DNA of 63,756 bases, counting the filler, from Collodictyon triciliatum (taxonomy: Eukaryota), in NCBI GenBank assembly GCA_043381765.1. It is 22 parts of 22 records of this genome, joined end to end, with 100 filler letters (N's around TTAATTAATTAA, not from the genome) between each part and the next. Parts side by side here need not be neighbours in the genome. Positions count along the whole stretch, not along the records: positions 8,724 to 11,529 come from JBHJMP010008264.1; positions 11,630 to 14,434 come from JBHJMP010008266.1; positions 14,535 to 17,339 come from JBHJMP010008267.1; positions 17,440 to 20,243 come from JBHJMP010008268.1; positions 20,344 to 23,147 come from JBHJMP010008269.1; positions 23,248 to 26,050 come from JBHJMP010008270.1; 16 more parts are not named here. One strand, written 5' to 3'. This document shows positions 11,295-24,032 of this stretch, piece after piece; within the stretch, counting starts at the first letter, position 1; every line of letters begins with the position of its first letter. The notes under the pieces were generated by a model that was not told the origin of the DNA, made no database searches, and saw nothing but the letters and a program-made list of their open reading frames with translations. A program made the position numbers and the translations under genes.

Positions 11295-11967
11295 CTACCG
11301 TAGAATGTCAAAGTACATTTTAAAAGGTGGAAGACAGGTTTTACTCATCGGTTTTTGTCTAACCTTTCCCCTTTTTTTCTTTTTTCTTTTTTCTTATTTT
11401 TCTTATTTTTCTTATTTTTCTTATTTTTCTTTTTTTCTTTTTTCTTTTTTCTTTTTTTCTTTTTTCTTTTTTTCTTTTTTCTTTTTTTCTTTTTTCTTTT
11501 TTTCTTTTTTCTTTTTTTCTTTTTTCTTTNNNNNNNNNNNNNNNNNNNNNNNNNNNNNNNNNNNNNNNNNNNNTTAATTAATTAANNNNNNNNNNNNNNN
11601 NNNNNNNNNNNNNNNNNNNNNNNNNNNNNTCTCTTCTCTCTTCTCTTCTCTCTTCTCTTCTCTCTTCTCTTCTCTCTTCTCTTCTCTCTTCTCTTCTCTC
11701 TTCTCTTCTCTCTTCTCTTCTCTCTTCTCTCTTCTCTTCTCTCTTCTCTTCTCTCTTCTCTTCTCTCTTCTCTTCTCTCTTCTCTCTTCTCTTCTCTTCT
11801 CTCTTCTCTTCTCTCTTCTCTCTTCTCTTCTCTTTTCTCTCTTCTCTTCTCTTTTCTCTCTTCTCTCTTCTCTTCTCTCTTCTCTCTTCTCTCTTCTCTT
11901 CTCTCCTCTCCTCTCTCCTAATCTTTCTAATCTCTCTTCTTTCCCGCATCACACAAACTCCTCCCAG

Positions 11968-12119
11968 CCTCGGCCTTCTTCGAGGGCGACGAAACCGCGT
12001 CCTCCTATCCCTGCTACCACAACGTCTGCGACACCATCGAGCAGGTCAACACAGAGCAGATGACTCTCATCGCAAAGGCCATGATTGCCACCACCGCCAC
12101 ACTTGCCCAGAACCTGTAA
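11968..12119 (+). CDS. Last exon of an M28-family aminopeptidase
   Basis: After a cag acceptor: SAFFEGDETASSYPCYHNVCDTIEQVNTEQMTLIAKAMIATTATLAQNL*. The P.YH...DT motif carries the C-terminal zinc-ligand His of M28 peptidases. Not in the ORF track. Confidence 0.65.
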
Positions 12120-12427
12120 GCAGCAGCCGGCTTCGCACCCGCGTCTTCTCTTCAAATAAAGCTGGAGCAACACTATTCGTTCTCATCGCCGCAGAAAAGC
12201 GCGTTGGAGATATTCGGCACAGGTCATGAAGGAAGGAACAGATAAGTGAGTGCGGATTGGTGTGTGGGACAAGCGAAATGGGCAGTGCTTCTGTTGGGAA
12301 GGAAAGGATGGAGTGATCAGAAACAAGAATAAGAGGAGAAGGAAGGAAAAGAAAAGAATAAAGGAAGGGGAAAAAAAAAAAAGAAAGTAAGGTTTTTTTT
12401 TTGAGACGAAAATGCTTTGGCAAAGGA

Positions 12428-14269
12428 ATGTCACAAGTGGAGCCGGTGGATTCGTCGCTGGTGCTCGTACTTGCGATTACGGTGCTCGTTGGTCTTGCGG
12501 GGATCTTCTTGTTTCTATCCAAGGCAGCACCTCCACAAGCCATCACACCCCAGCAAAATGAGAGGGCTGCAAGAGGCGAACAGGCAGAAGCACGAACTGG
12601 GTTCTCGCTTTTATATATATTCTCTTCTCTTTCATCATTTCCCTTTTTTTTTTCCCTTTTTTTTCCCTTTTTTTCCTTCTTTTTTTCCTTCTTTTTTCAC
12701 ACACCTTTTTGCTCTCTTCTCATCATAATTTTTTTTTATTGGGTCGTATTTTCGTGCTAACGTTTTCAGGCAAAGACGGGATAATGCCGCAGCGGCCCCA
12801 GCCGGTCGAAGGACAAACCCCAACAGAGCAGGCTCTTCGAGAATGGGTTCGTCGATAGCCCAGGCCAGACAGATTGAGGATGTTTCGGATGACGACGATG
12901 AGATCAACGCCGGTCACTATCATGATGATGCATCTGGTATGATTAATTTTCTTAATCGAAGAGAACACATTTTTTCTTTGTTCTTTTAAAAATAGATGAT
13001 TGAGCACTGAATACATCATATTCATTCAGGGCCTCAGGGGAAAATTGGTAAGAAGAAACTCGCCAAAATGCAGCTTAAAGAGCAGGAAAAACGAGAGAAA
13101 GAGGTTTTATTTTCTTATTCTCTATTCTTTTTTTTTCAACAAACATAAAGTTTGGCGGCATAGATTTTGTTGTATAAAATTGCGATACGAGGTTGCTTTA
13201 GATATATCCAGTATGTTGGAAGTAAATAAATGATACTAAAAAAAAAATCGGCATCAATATTGGTAGAGTCAAGAGGCTATGAAAGAGGCTAAAAAGAAGG
13301 AGGAAGAAGAGAGACGAAAGCGTAGGGAAGACGAAAAAAAAGACAAGGATAAGAAAAAATATGAAGAGGTTTTCTTTCAAATGAAAAAATCGACCATGCG
13401 CCCCAATCACAGACTCCATTTATGTTAATCACTTTCTTCAAAATTCATACTGTATTTCATTCTTTACATTATTTCCAAAAAGACATGTGCGCACTAATAG
13501 ATATAATCAAAAAATTAAATCTCAACAGGAAGACGAGGCCAGCAAGGAAAGAAAGGAGGCTGAAGAACGAGAAAGGCTCGAATACGAGGCATTCAAGGCG
13601 CAGTTCCAGGTGGTTGATGTGGGTTCACAACAAATGATGGACGAACAAGAGGCACAAAGTCTTTTGAACGAATTTATATCACATATTCAGGTACTTAAAC
13701 CCAGTATGAATGTTTTTTTCAAACAACCAATTGCTACTTTATCAATACGTAAAGCTTGTATCTTATCTTCGTAACCTATGAAGACAAGTTTTTATAATAT
13801 ATGTGTGTCTGTGGCTACTGCATGATTTACAGGAAGCAAAGGTAGTGATGCTTGAGGATTTGGCTGTAAAGTTCAAGCTACCGACTACGGTAATAATCCA
13901 ACTTTAATTCCACTATTTTTCTATCGTATTTACTCTTTCTGTCGTCATGAATAATTTTTTAGGGGACAATATATTGTTTCTAAAATCTCTGATAAATTGG
14001 TAAATCTGAATTGATGATTGCTTCGTAAACGATATAAATGAATGGTTAATTTTCCCTCTTTTTTTCAGGAGATTATTCGCAGATTGCAAGAATTAGAAAA
14101 GAACGGAGCTATTTCTGGTGTTATGGATGACCGTGGAAAGTTCATATATATCACAAAAAGTGAAATGGAAAGCATCTGTCGCTTCATCAATTTACAAGGA
14201 CGTGTCACTATATCTGATCTTGTTGAAAAGTCCAGCGAGCTCATCAATCTTCATACTGTTTCGGCCTAG
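12428..14269 (+). CDS. DDRGK1: DDRGK domain-containing protein 1 (UFBP1, UFMylation adaptor), complete multi-exon gene
   Basis: N-terminal TM anchor, GKIGKKKLAKMQLKE, charged coiled coil, and C-terminal ISGVMDDRGKFIYITKSEMESICRFINLQGRVTISDL. Confidence 0.95.
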
Positions 14270-17109
14270 CTCTCAATTCTATGGAACTAAATACAAAATC
14301 TTTTCGAAGTTATTGATGTCTTTTTTTTCTTTTTTGTTTTGTTTTATTTTGTTTTATTTTGTTTTATTTTGTTTTATTTTGTTTTATTTTGTTTTATTTT
14401 GTTTTATTTTGTTTTATTTTGTTTTATTTTGTTTNNNNNNNNNNNNNNNNNNNNNNNNNNNNNNNNNNNNNNNNNNNNTTAATTAATTAANNNNNNNNNN
14501 NNNNNNNNNNNNNNNNNNNNNNNNNNNNNNNNNNGGTGGTTGAAAAAAAAAATTGTTGGCATGGGCGCCAACAGCTAAGTCTGTCGTGAATAAAAAAAAA
14601 AAAAAAAAAAAATAGTGCAGTTGCAATATTTCCCTCTGTTCAAAGGCCGTTACTATAAAAGTATGAAAAATCGACCAAGAATTGATAGTGTGATGGAAGA
14701 GATGGAATGGTTTGCAATATCTGCATTCATTTTCATATTCCTAGCTATATTCACTTTGGAGATAGTCACTAACCCGCTTATTCAGATATCCAAGACACTA
14801 GCCCCATTTTTTCCACATTTGCTCCATCCACCACTTTCCCTAGATTGTTTCGTATTAATATTAATGTGTGTATTCTTATACAAAATTTATGGAGAAAAAC
14901 ATTTACTACTATTATTGTACTAATAAAATGTAAAATATTATCAATTCCATAACGAGAAAAATAGCTCATCTCTATATAGCAGATCACTCACAAACGCATT
15001 TCTACCGACTCCATCAGCGAAAGCACACAAACAGCCAAGAACAAAAGCCAAAGACCAGCAGAACGGAACAGAGATAATTCATAGAATCCCTTTGGCGGGA
15101 CACTCATTCTTTTTACCACACAAACAACAGTATCAACATATGCCAAGCAAACTGAAAAACCAACATGGAATCATACTTTATTTTTTTTTTATAAAGGCAA
15201 AGGTTTAAACCTAAGCAAGTTTGATATTTTGTTTCAAATTGATATCTTATTTCAAAAAGCCAAAAGACTTTATCGAGAGTGGGGTAGTCTATTGGATGCT
15301 GGGAAATAATACAAACTATATAAGATACAAGCAAGGACACAAATCGATTCCTTCCAGCAAACCTATATGTGTTTGGCTTAGTCATTGCCTTGTTTAATAT
15401 CTGGTTCTACCATTACTTTCCATCCCACCACTCAAATAACTCTTGAAAACTCAATTGCGTATCCAAATGATAAAGAATTCAAGTTTTCTTATTTTGTGTG
15501 TCAATTTTGTCAGGGCTCTCATTCATACAGCAACCTATAAGCCAAGAAGAAACTGGGACTATTCAAGTTATGAGCATCCTGTAGCATAGAATTTTTGGCC
15601 ATGCGTCCACACTTTTTGAGCTACCCAAATCACCATATTCACTTTATTCTTTTATCTTCATAGCTATAGCTTTAGTTTTATTATTATAGTATATATTGGA
15701 CTCTAATCCCATCACGTGCAGCTTGGGATAATTTTCACGGGCATGATGGCGACTGAGACATTGGTTACTCTGTTGTCCACATCGCACTCACTTGGACGGG
15801 TTCTTCCAAAGACGCAACCATTAAGTACATCTCATTTAGCCACATGCTTGCTATCATTTCAGTTATTTTGATCTTTTTGCCTAGCTCTTCTCAACTCAGG
15901 CTTTTTTTTTTATGGGATTCATGTACTAGTGAAAAATATAACATATTCTGATCTATATAATAATTATATGCCTTCCTCCCTCTAAATTTTTATTTTTCCA
16001 ATCAAGCGAAGCTTCCGTCAATTTAACGTGCCTGGGAGCATACTATCAGGATAACAGACTAAGCCCCTCATCGTTTATTGTGCTCGGGGAATCGCTATGA
16101 TTAAGGGAAAGTAATCAATTATCTATCTTTATTTTTTATTACCATTGTTAAGTTTTTTTCATCAGCCGCATGCCGTATCAAAATATATAACAATATGTAC
16201 TTTTATTAGTCATGCTATTATAAACAATACCTTAAATGACCCTCACTGTCCATATGATAGAGAAAATGGTTGAGCTATGGCCAAAAAGGTAGGAAAAGAT
16301 CATCTATAATGACTGCATCCCTGCGACTGAAGCTGATCATTCGGCACCAGAAATGTAATAATGTAATTTTATAATAATAACTTCTATCGAAGAATCGATT
16401 TTTAATACATGTGAGATGACATAATTTTTAAATAATAATAATAATCAGATAATACGCAACATTAATTGTTCACTGGAATATTTTTCATCATCGAAGAGGA
16501 AGAAATCTGCGTGATCAAGAAGCGGTTACTCTATTTACTGTTTTGATATTTGCTATCACATACTTTTTTATATTGAATTCTTAAACTTTAGAAATCGTTT
16601 TTATTGATCAATTCACATTTTACATCCAGCATATTACAAGCAATAGCTGACATACTGCACAATACCTGCAACAAAGGCAATAGTGGATTCCGCAAGAATA
16701 ATGCTCTTGAATTGTCGAATAGACTCCAAAAAAACATACATATATTTATAGTTGAATTAATTACTACACTAAACCTCAATATTTTCGAAACTTAAACAAA
16801 CAATTATACATTTCTAATAATCCGGAGATAGTCGTCTTTCAACGCGGCGCCTTTAGTCGCAAAATTACACTTCAATTAGTCGTATTTAAGTATGATACAC
16901 TTTGCATGACTTAATACATAAGTCCTTTGATTCTATAATTCTAAGTAGTAGACTCTGCTTCTTTATTATCATTACAAAATTTTCTTTATCTCACATGAGC
17001 ACAAATGAGATTGGATAATGGATGTATTATAAGAATATATGTTCGAAAAACAAAGGTGATTGGATTTTACGACATGAAAAGATATTAAAATAAACATTAT
17101 AGATATTGC

Positions 17110-17225
17110 TAGCCTTTCTACGGCGGTGTCTTCTACTCTCGTTTGCCATCTACCAGGCGCACTCATTTCGTCCCTTTGTATGGCAAAACCGCGCTGCACT
17201 TTGAATCGAATTAAGGAACAAAAAA
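17110..17225 (+). mobile_element. 5'-truncated LINE 3' tail (same family as 33261-34757)
   Basis: CCCTTTGTATGGCAAAACCGCGCTGCACTTTGAATCGAATTAAGGAACAAAAAA closely matches the reverse complement of 33261-33310. Confidence 0.85.
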
Positions 17226-17937
17226 TTAATCATTTCAGATATACAAAGTTTCGGATAGATTAATTTTAATGCTTTCTCAGTGGAATCTAACAAAAGCTTT
17301 TTATAGTAGCACCTGACGAACTAGCCAAATAGGCTCTTCNNNNNNNNNNNNNNNNNNNNNNNNNNNNNNNNNNNNNNNNNNNNTTAATTAATTAANNNNN
17401 NNNNNNNNNNNNNNNNNNNNNNNNNNNNNNNNNNNNNNNTTTTTCTTTTTTTCTTTTTTTCTTTTTTTCTTTTTTTCTTTTTTTCTTTTTTTCTTTTTTT
17501 CTTTTTTTCTTTTTTTCTTTTTTTCTTTTTTTCTTTTTATCTCTTTTTCACCACGCCTTGTTTTCATTTTTCCTCTTACCGCGGTTTTTCTTGCCTTTGA
17601 ACGAAGAGACGCGCGCACATCAGCGTGTGGTTGGACATATATATCCGAGATTTGCCTGTGGCATGAATCCACATTAGGTCATTGACTTTCTATTTGTCGA
17701 TAATTGCTAATCCAAAATGAATAATGCATAGTGATATAGGCTATTATTATAAAAATAGTGCAAGATTCCTATTAGGTGTATTAAAATGAATAAAATTATT
17801 TGTATAAAATATATTCCACAAATGTATAATTTTCTAGTTTTTTTTATGTTTGGCTATTGACTCCCAAAGCAGAACCGAAAACGGCCAAGCTACCACGCCA
17901 AAACAGCATCGCAGTCAAAGCAGGACGCAGGAAACTA

Positions 17938-20033
17938 TGAGGATCGAAGTAGTTCAGGGAGATACCAGACAAGAAGACCTGACTGGTAGAATGAAGGAAT
18001 CATGGTCAAATAATACGCAGCATACCAAACACACATTCGAGGTTTCATGTGGGCCAGTGGACAATCATTTGGGCTCTGTTGATAACGGATCGGGCTGTGG
18101 ATCAGTTTCCGCTCGAGAACCACCAAAAGATGTGGGATTTCAGAATTGTGAGGAATGCGTTGAAAAGTTGCATTCACTACCACAACCCCAAGCTGGAGAG
18201 AATGTTTGCACGCACAGTCGGAGGAATGACGAGGGTATGGTCTTTGGAGGAGACCACAGGGATGAAGGCAGAGAAAGATGCAAGTTTGGGGGAGTAGGGC
18301 ACTCAGGCAATGTCACCGAAAAGCCTTTCATGATAAAACTTGCACTGAGAAAGGATATCAGGATTGTCGAGAAAAGGAAAACTTTAGTGACTGCTGTTAT
18401 CAAAAATCCAAGGCTCTTGGAGGTTTATCAGTACATCTATAGGAATATCTACACAACATCCATAGTAATAATCATCTGGGCTCTTTGCACGATAAATGCC
18501 CTGAGTATCTGTTTATCGCATCAAATAATACCGCCCAGCGTTTACACTCCAATCCAAGTATTTTGCATATTCAATCTAGCCTTGCATCTTTCAACCTTTA
18601 TTCGAGTCGAAATTGTGAAAGAACTATCGAAATCATTCAATTTCTGGTTCACATTCTTCAATATCATACTTTTTCATGCTTGCTATGTACTTTTGTATGG
18701 TCCAATCGATATAATCATTCTATCAGCAGCCCATTCTTTTACTAGTCTATTATTACTGTCTTTGTTTTTTGACGCTCATTCGGGGAAAGAACATCTCCAA
18801 ATGAAAATATTATTGTTTCTTGGGATTGTTGGATACCTGCCAGTCTTGGTGAATTTTCTATTTCGGCTAAGTGATTTTAAAGATAAGCATTTATTCCTAA
18901 ATAATACAACTGGTATTGAAATTATGGATGTTCGGCTTCAGGCTATCGACAGTCTCGCTACAATACTAGTTTACCTGCTTCGAATACTAGTGACACATGT
19001 AGTATTCAAAAGGCCATCGAGTATAGCATTCGTGTCGAATTATTTTGAGTTTGTTGATAGCATTGAAAAAAAAGGAGAAAATAAAATTCCCATCTCAAGC
19101 ACTAACCAAGATGGAAGTCGCATCCTTGACCTGGAAGTACATTCTGTTGTCCCAATTAAAACCATGCCAACTTTAGAAACTGATAAGAAATCACATCTGC
19201 CTGAGGAATCGAATTTCAATTCCCTGGCGTCAACAAGTCGGGATTGTTCCGTTAATTATGATAAGAATGAAGGAAAAGATACCGTAGATACAACAACCGA
19301 CCAAAACTGCATCGTGATAGGGATCAAAGAGGACAAATTTATCGAATATGATTCACACAATACCTTTTTTCATAAATGTATCTGCCACAGATATCCTAGA
19401 ATTAGCAGACTCATGAAATCAAGATGGTATAATTACATCGGCCTAATTTTGGCCATATTATCTCCAATATTTTCCTTTATTTTGTCTATTTGGTGCAATC
19501 TCAGTTTTTGCATTCGAATTACTGGGGTCGTTGTAACCGTGTCCATGATTACAATTATGACTGTGCAAATGACCTTGACATCAAATTTATTCTTGGTTCG
19601 GTTCATGCTACGCTCTTTTGACTTCTGGTATATTATGTTTCTCATACTAAAGATAATTGTTTCATCTGGTGTTTTGTGCGGATGGGATTATCGTATGATT
19701 TTTTGGATATTTGGCACATATACAATTATTTGGTGCATCATGATAGACACAATGTATTCGAGGAAAAGTACCAGGTCACACCTGTCATTTGTCGGCTGTG
19801 TTTGGTCCTCCATGATGCTGATTTTATGCAAGCTGAATATCGGTGACACTTTTTCGAAAGACCGTGATATTACTTTCTTTGGCCTTCAACCCATTTCATC
19901 CAGAATTACCTTGTCTACATCGCTCTTTTCTGTTAGTTTATTTGCTCTTCGTTTTTTTTGGAGCTTTAGAATCAATAATCGTCGCATATTCTTCATAACA
20001 GAAAATGTCAGGGTCGAAAGGGTGAAAAATTAG
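17938..20033 (+). CDS. Intronless multi-pass membrane protein with two homologous TM modules
   Basis: Long open frame (track ORF 17850-20033; first ATG at 17938). Two hydrophobic blocks each contain a related motif (EIVKELSKSFNFWF and FLVRFMLRSFDFWY), separated by a hydrophilic linker. Confidence 0.75.
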
Positions 20034-20431
20034 TCACGACCAATCATTACTTCCGTTTCGCCCAGCATTTTTTTTTTTTTTGCATCTGATTATTGACATG
20101 ATATCAGGAAAAATAGTTCTAATTTTAACATATTATATTGATCGTGTTTTACGGAACAAATATTATCATAATGAAATAACTAAAAAAACACACCCAAACA
20201 AACCAATAAAATAAAAAAAGTTGAAACAAAAGAAAACAAAGAANNNNNNNNNNNNNNNNNNNNNNNNNNNNNNNNNNNNNNNNNNNNTTAATTAATTAAN
20301 NNNNNNNNNNNNNNNNNNNNNNNNNNNNNNNNNNNNNNNNNNNTATTATTGTTATTATTATTGTTATTATTATTGTTATTATTATTGTTATTATTATTGT
20401 TATTATTATTGTTATTATTATTGTTATTATT

Positions 20432-20489
<58 letters not shown>

Positions 20490-20725
20490 TGGTGTTCTTA
20501 TTATTACTGTTATTGTTTATGTTTCTGTTCCTCAGTATATTTCCAAGACAATATTTAAAAAAGAGAAGGTGAAAACTACATATATATTGATTGTAATGTT
20601 TTCAACTGATTACCTTCTGTTGAGCGCAAAGCTGAGTGATATATGTCCTTCCTTATATGTCAAAAAGAAAAAAGTAAATTGGCCATGGTGACACATTTTT
20701 CATTCTCAACCTACTTTCAATATAG

Positions 20726-22869
20726 CCTGAGAATGAAGTTCGGATGAGAATGCTTGAACTAATAGAATGCTGGGCGTCTGTTTTCCAAGGCAGAGCCGAT
20801 GTTCCTTACTTCCAAATGACATATGTTGAGCTTCGGGATAAAGGCATGAAATATACAAATAGAATGTCTTACAGCCACTTTCTTTCTATTCTTATCCTTG
20901 AAAGCATAGTATAATATCGCGAAAATACCAGGAACAAACTTTCCCCACACCAATCCTCCTGGAAAAAGTGCAGAGAATTACAAGTATCTACAAGGTTTTT
21001 CTCATCCCCTTTTTCTGGATGCTCCAGGATAAAGATGCTAAAGTGTTGATTGTCACTTAAATAGAAGATGGTTGGTATCCGCTAAAAATATATTACTTAA
21101 ATCGCCAACTCACCAACAGGTGACCAGACATCAGCCCAGCACCGATTCAGTGGAGAAATATCACGCACTCCGACACAACAATACGTATGAATTTTTGCCA
21201 ACAAAAGCGGAAACTACGCGGGGAAAAAAAAAAGAAGTGGAAATGGAAATGGAAATGGAAATGGAGATAGCACTTATTTGTGTCAAACCGTAGAGTGAGG
21301 AAAACCAGCAAATACCTCTTTTTCTTTCTTCATTTATTATTATTTTTTATTTTTTTTTGTACGATACAGGCAACACAAAGAGCTTCCCGCGGGTCTGCAC
21401 ATGATGTTTACAACGCGGAACCTCGACAAACTGCCACGGTGTATATGACCACTGGACCAAACCCTTACGCTGTTCCGGGTGGCTACGGCATTCCTGCAGG
21501 TTATGCTGTTCCTGCGCAGCCCTACGCAAGACAACCACAGCCAGCGGCACCTGTAATGACCCCCCAACAGATTCGTGAGAAGATTCGCAGTGATTTGAAC
21601 GTTGCAAAAGAAACAATCAACTTGTTCTCTGAAAGCCTTGGCTTTGTGGACCCCAACGCTGAAGACGTGAAATCCAACGAGCTCATCACAGGTGCAGCTC
21701 CGAAATGTTTTGAGCTAGAACTGGATTGTTCTTGGTGGCATGTTTTGTTCATCTCAAAAACCGATTGTCGCTTTACATGCAATCCATTTTGTTTGTCAGC
21801 GTGGTAACACACCTTTGAATTGATATAACTCTCCAGAATTCGAGCGCAGCACAAGAGACATTCAGCAGCGTATCATGAAACTCATCGAAACTGTCACGGA
21901 TGAGGAACTGCTACCAGAGTTATTGGCATGTACAGTTTCTTTTCACCTATTCCTTCTTTTTTTTTTTTTTAGGCCGTATGCAATATATATATATTTGCTT
22001 TCGATTATGGTAATGTATGCTCCTTTGAAGTTGTCATCAAAATATTTGAGCGCACCCCAAATACGATTTCCTAAAACTCTTCAACTATCTTCTCAGTGAA
22101 TGACGAGGCTGTCCGCAGCTTAAATACGTACGATTCCATGACAAAAAAGGAGCCTGTTGTCTCGACGAACCTCATTGACATCGGTCTTCCTATTCAAGGT
22201 AACACGGCGTGTCAATAGTCACCTCCATTCGTGAGGCATTGCTCGTGTACATCTACTGGTTGTTAATGCAGATGATAAAATTCAGGACAAAGCCAGCCCA
22301 GACTTACAGCACAAGCGCCACCTACCCAGCCCCAAAGGCCGTCCGAAAAATATGTGGAACCATCAGATGAATTCGACAGCTTCATATCCAGTCGTGTGGT
22401 AAGCTCCTCTTCTTTTTTTTTCTTTTTTTGCGTCTGACAAAAATAATTGTATTTTGCTTAACGTTGAGAGCCACCAGGATTAAAAATACCAGTCTGGTCA
22501 TCCACTTATTCTCTTGATACTCTTTATATGAGTCGCTTTGTTTTCATTGTGTTTTCTTTTCGCTGAAATGCTGAACAAGCTAATCCACCAATAATGTATG
22601 ATGATGTGTTGGTTTTCTTCTCGCTTGAATTCCATAGGCGCAAACAAATGTCGCACCTACCCACCAGGCTCCACAACCAGCTTTGCAGCTCCCCGTAAAG
22701 GAATCTGCACCGATACAACCCGCAAAACCCTCTCAACCAGCTGCAGATATATTTGATGAATTCGACCAACTTGTCATCTCCCGTTCCACAAAACCTGTAC
22801 CGTCGAGTTCAGCTGCATATCCTGCAGCAGCAACAGCGAATGTCCCTGCACCTGCCCCAATTGAGGACG
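20726..22869 (+). CDS. TOM1-like VHS/GAT endosomal sorting protein, multi-exon, partial
   Basis: VHS-like EVRMRMLELIECW. GAT domain EKIRSDLNVAKETINLFSESLGFVDPNAEDVKSNELIT|EFERSTRDIQQRIMKLIETVTDEELLPELLA|LNDEAVRSLNTYD. Pro/Ala-rich tail with DEFD motifs. Confidence 0.8.
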
Positions 22870-23247
22870 GTTCGTTCTCGCTTTCAAAGTTACCAGCATG
22901 GACTGGAATGGCGCATTTATTATTCCTCTATATTTAACTTGTTTTAGGAAAACATATTTCATCTCAATACCACTGGCCCATTCAACGTTCTTTCTTTTTT
23001 TATTCTTTTTTATTTTTTTATTCTTTCTTTTTTTTATTCTTTCTTTTATTCTTTCTTTTTTTTATTCTTTCTTTTTTTTATTCTTTCTTTTTTTTATTCT
23101 TTCTTTTTTTATTCTTTCTTTTTTTTATTCTTTCTTTTTTTTTTATTNNNNNNNNNNNNNNNNNNNNNNNNNNNNNNNNNNNNNNNNNNNNTTAATTAAT
23201 TAANNNNNNNNNNNNNNNNNNNNNNNNNNNNNNNNNNNNNNNNNNNN

Positions 23248-23343
23248 TCCTACTCGCGTTTGCTCTCTCCCATGCGCTCCCATCCCGCCCCTTTGTATGG
23301 CATAACCTCGCTACACTTTGAATCGAATAAAGGAAAAAAAAAA
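23248..23343 (+). mobile_element. LINE 3' tail with poly(A) at contig start
   Basis: CGCGTTTGCTC...CGCCCCTTTGTATGGCATAACCTCGCTACACTTTGAATCGAATAAAGGAAAAAAAAAA is near-identical to the 3' end of the LINE at 33261-33350 (minus strand). Confidence 0.88.
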
Positions 23344-24032
23344 GTACACAAAGTTAATGGGCACGGCACAACGGATACTGACAGGCCGCGGGATTTGGAA
23401 TGCTTGTGGCCAATTTATTCCGACACCACAAAAAGAAACGGCTTAGGTACACCAAAAAAAAGCACAAAAATATCCACAATAAGCGATCAATAAGGAAAGG
23501 GCGACGGAAAATGTAAGTACAATTACCTAATGCAGTCTACTTTAGTCGAAATTAATAAAAGCATTATAGACAGACTCAAAAACCATACATTATACGATAT
23601 AGTGTAAATTCCACATTTGAGATTGACTTGTACCACAGCATTCTGTCAACTAGACTTTGTGGATGTACGCGATCACACACAACTGCTTTGTCGCCTTCGT
23701 AGTGCTCAAAAATAACCTTCAGGGAAACCGCGACCATACCACAGATCGGGGTCTTCCCGTCGCTGCAGCCAGCCATTGCCACCAACCTCTCTTCCCTGTT
23801 ATTTATTTATTTATTTATTCACACTCTGGTAAAGAGCCTTTGGAATTATTTATTTCTCTGGAAACAAAATACAAATACCAGAGTCCTTTTTTTAATTTTT
23901 TTTAATTTTCATTCTTTTATGCCTTGCGCAGGGGGCCCAGCGCCTTTGATACTGACTCAGTTAAATATTTGCTTCAATAGACAACACTTGATCTATACGA
24001 CATCGGAGTAGTTTTTTTTCTCTTCAGCCAGC

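Noticed and set aside
15500-15860. Mitochondrial nad5-like words (ALIHTAT, TCSLG, GSSKD) suggesting a NUMT
   Set aside because: The matches are very short, in different frames and with wrong spacing. They are not distinguishable from chance.
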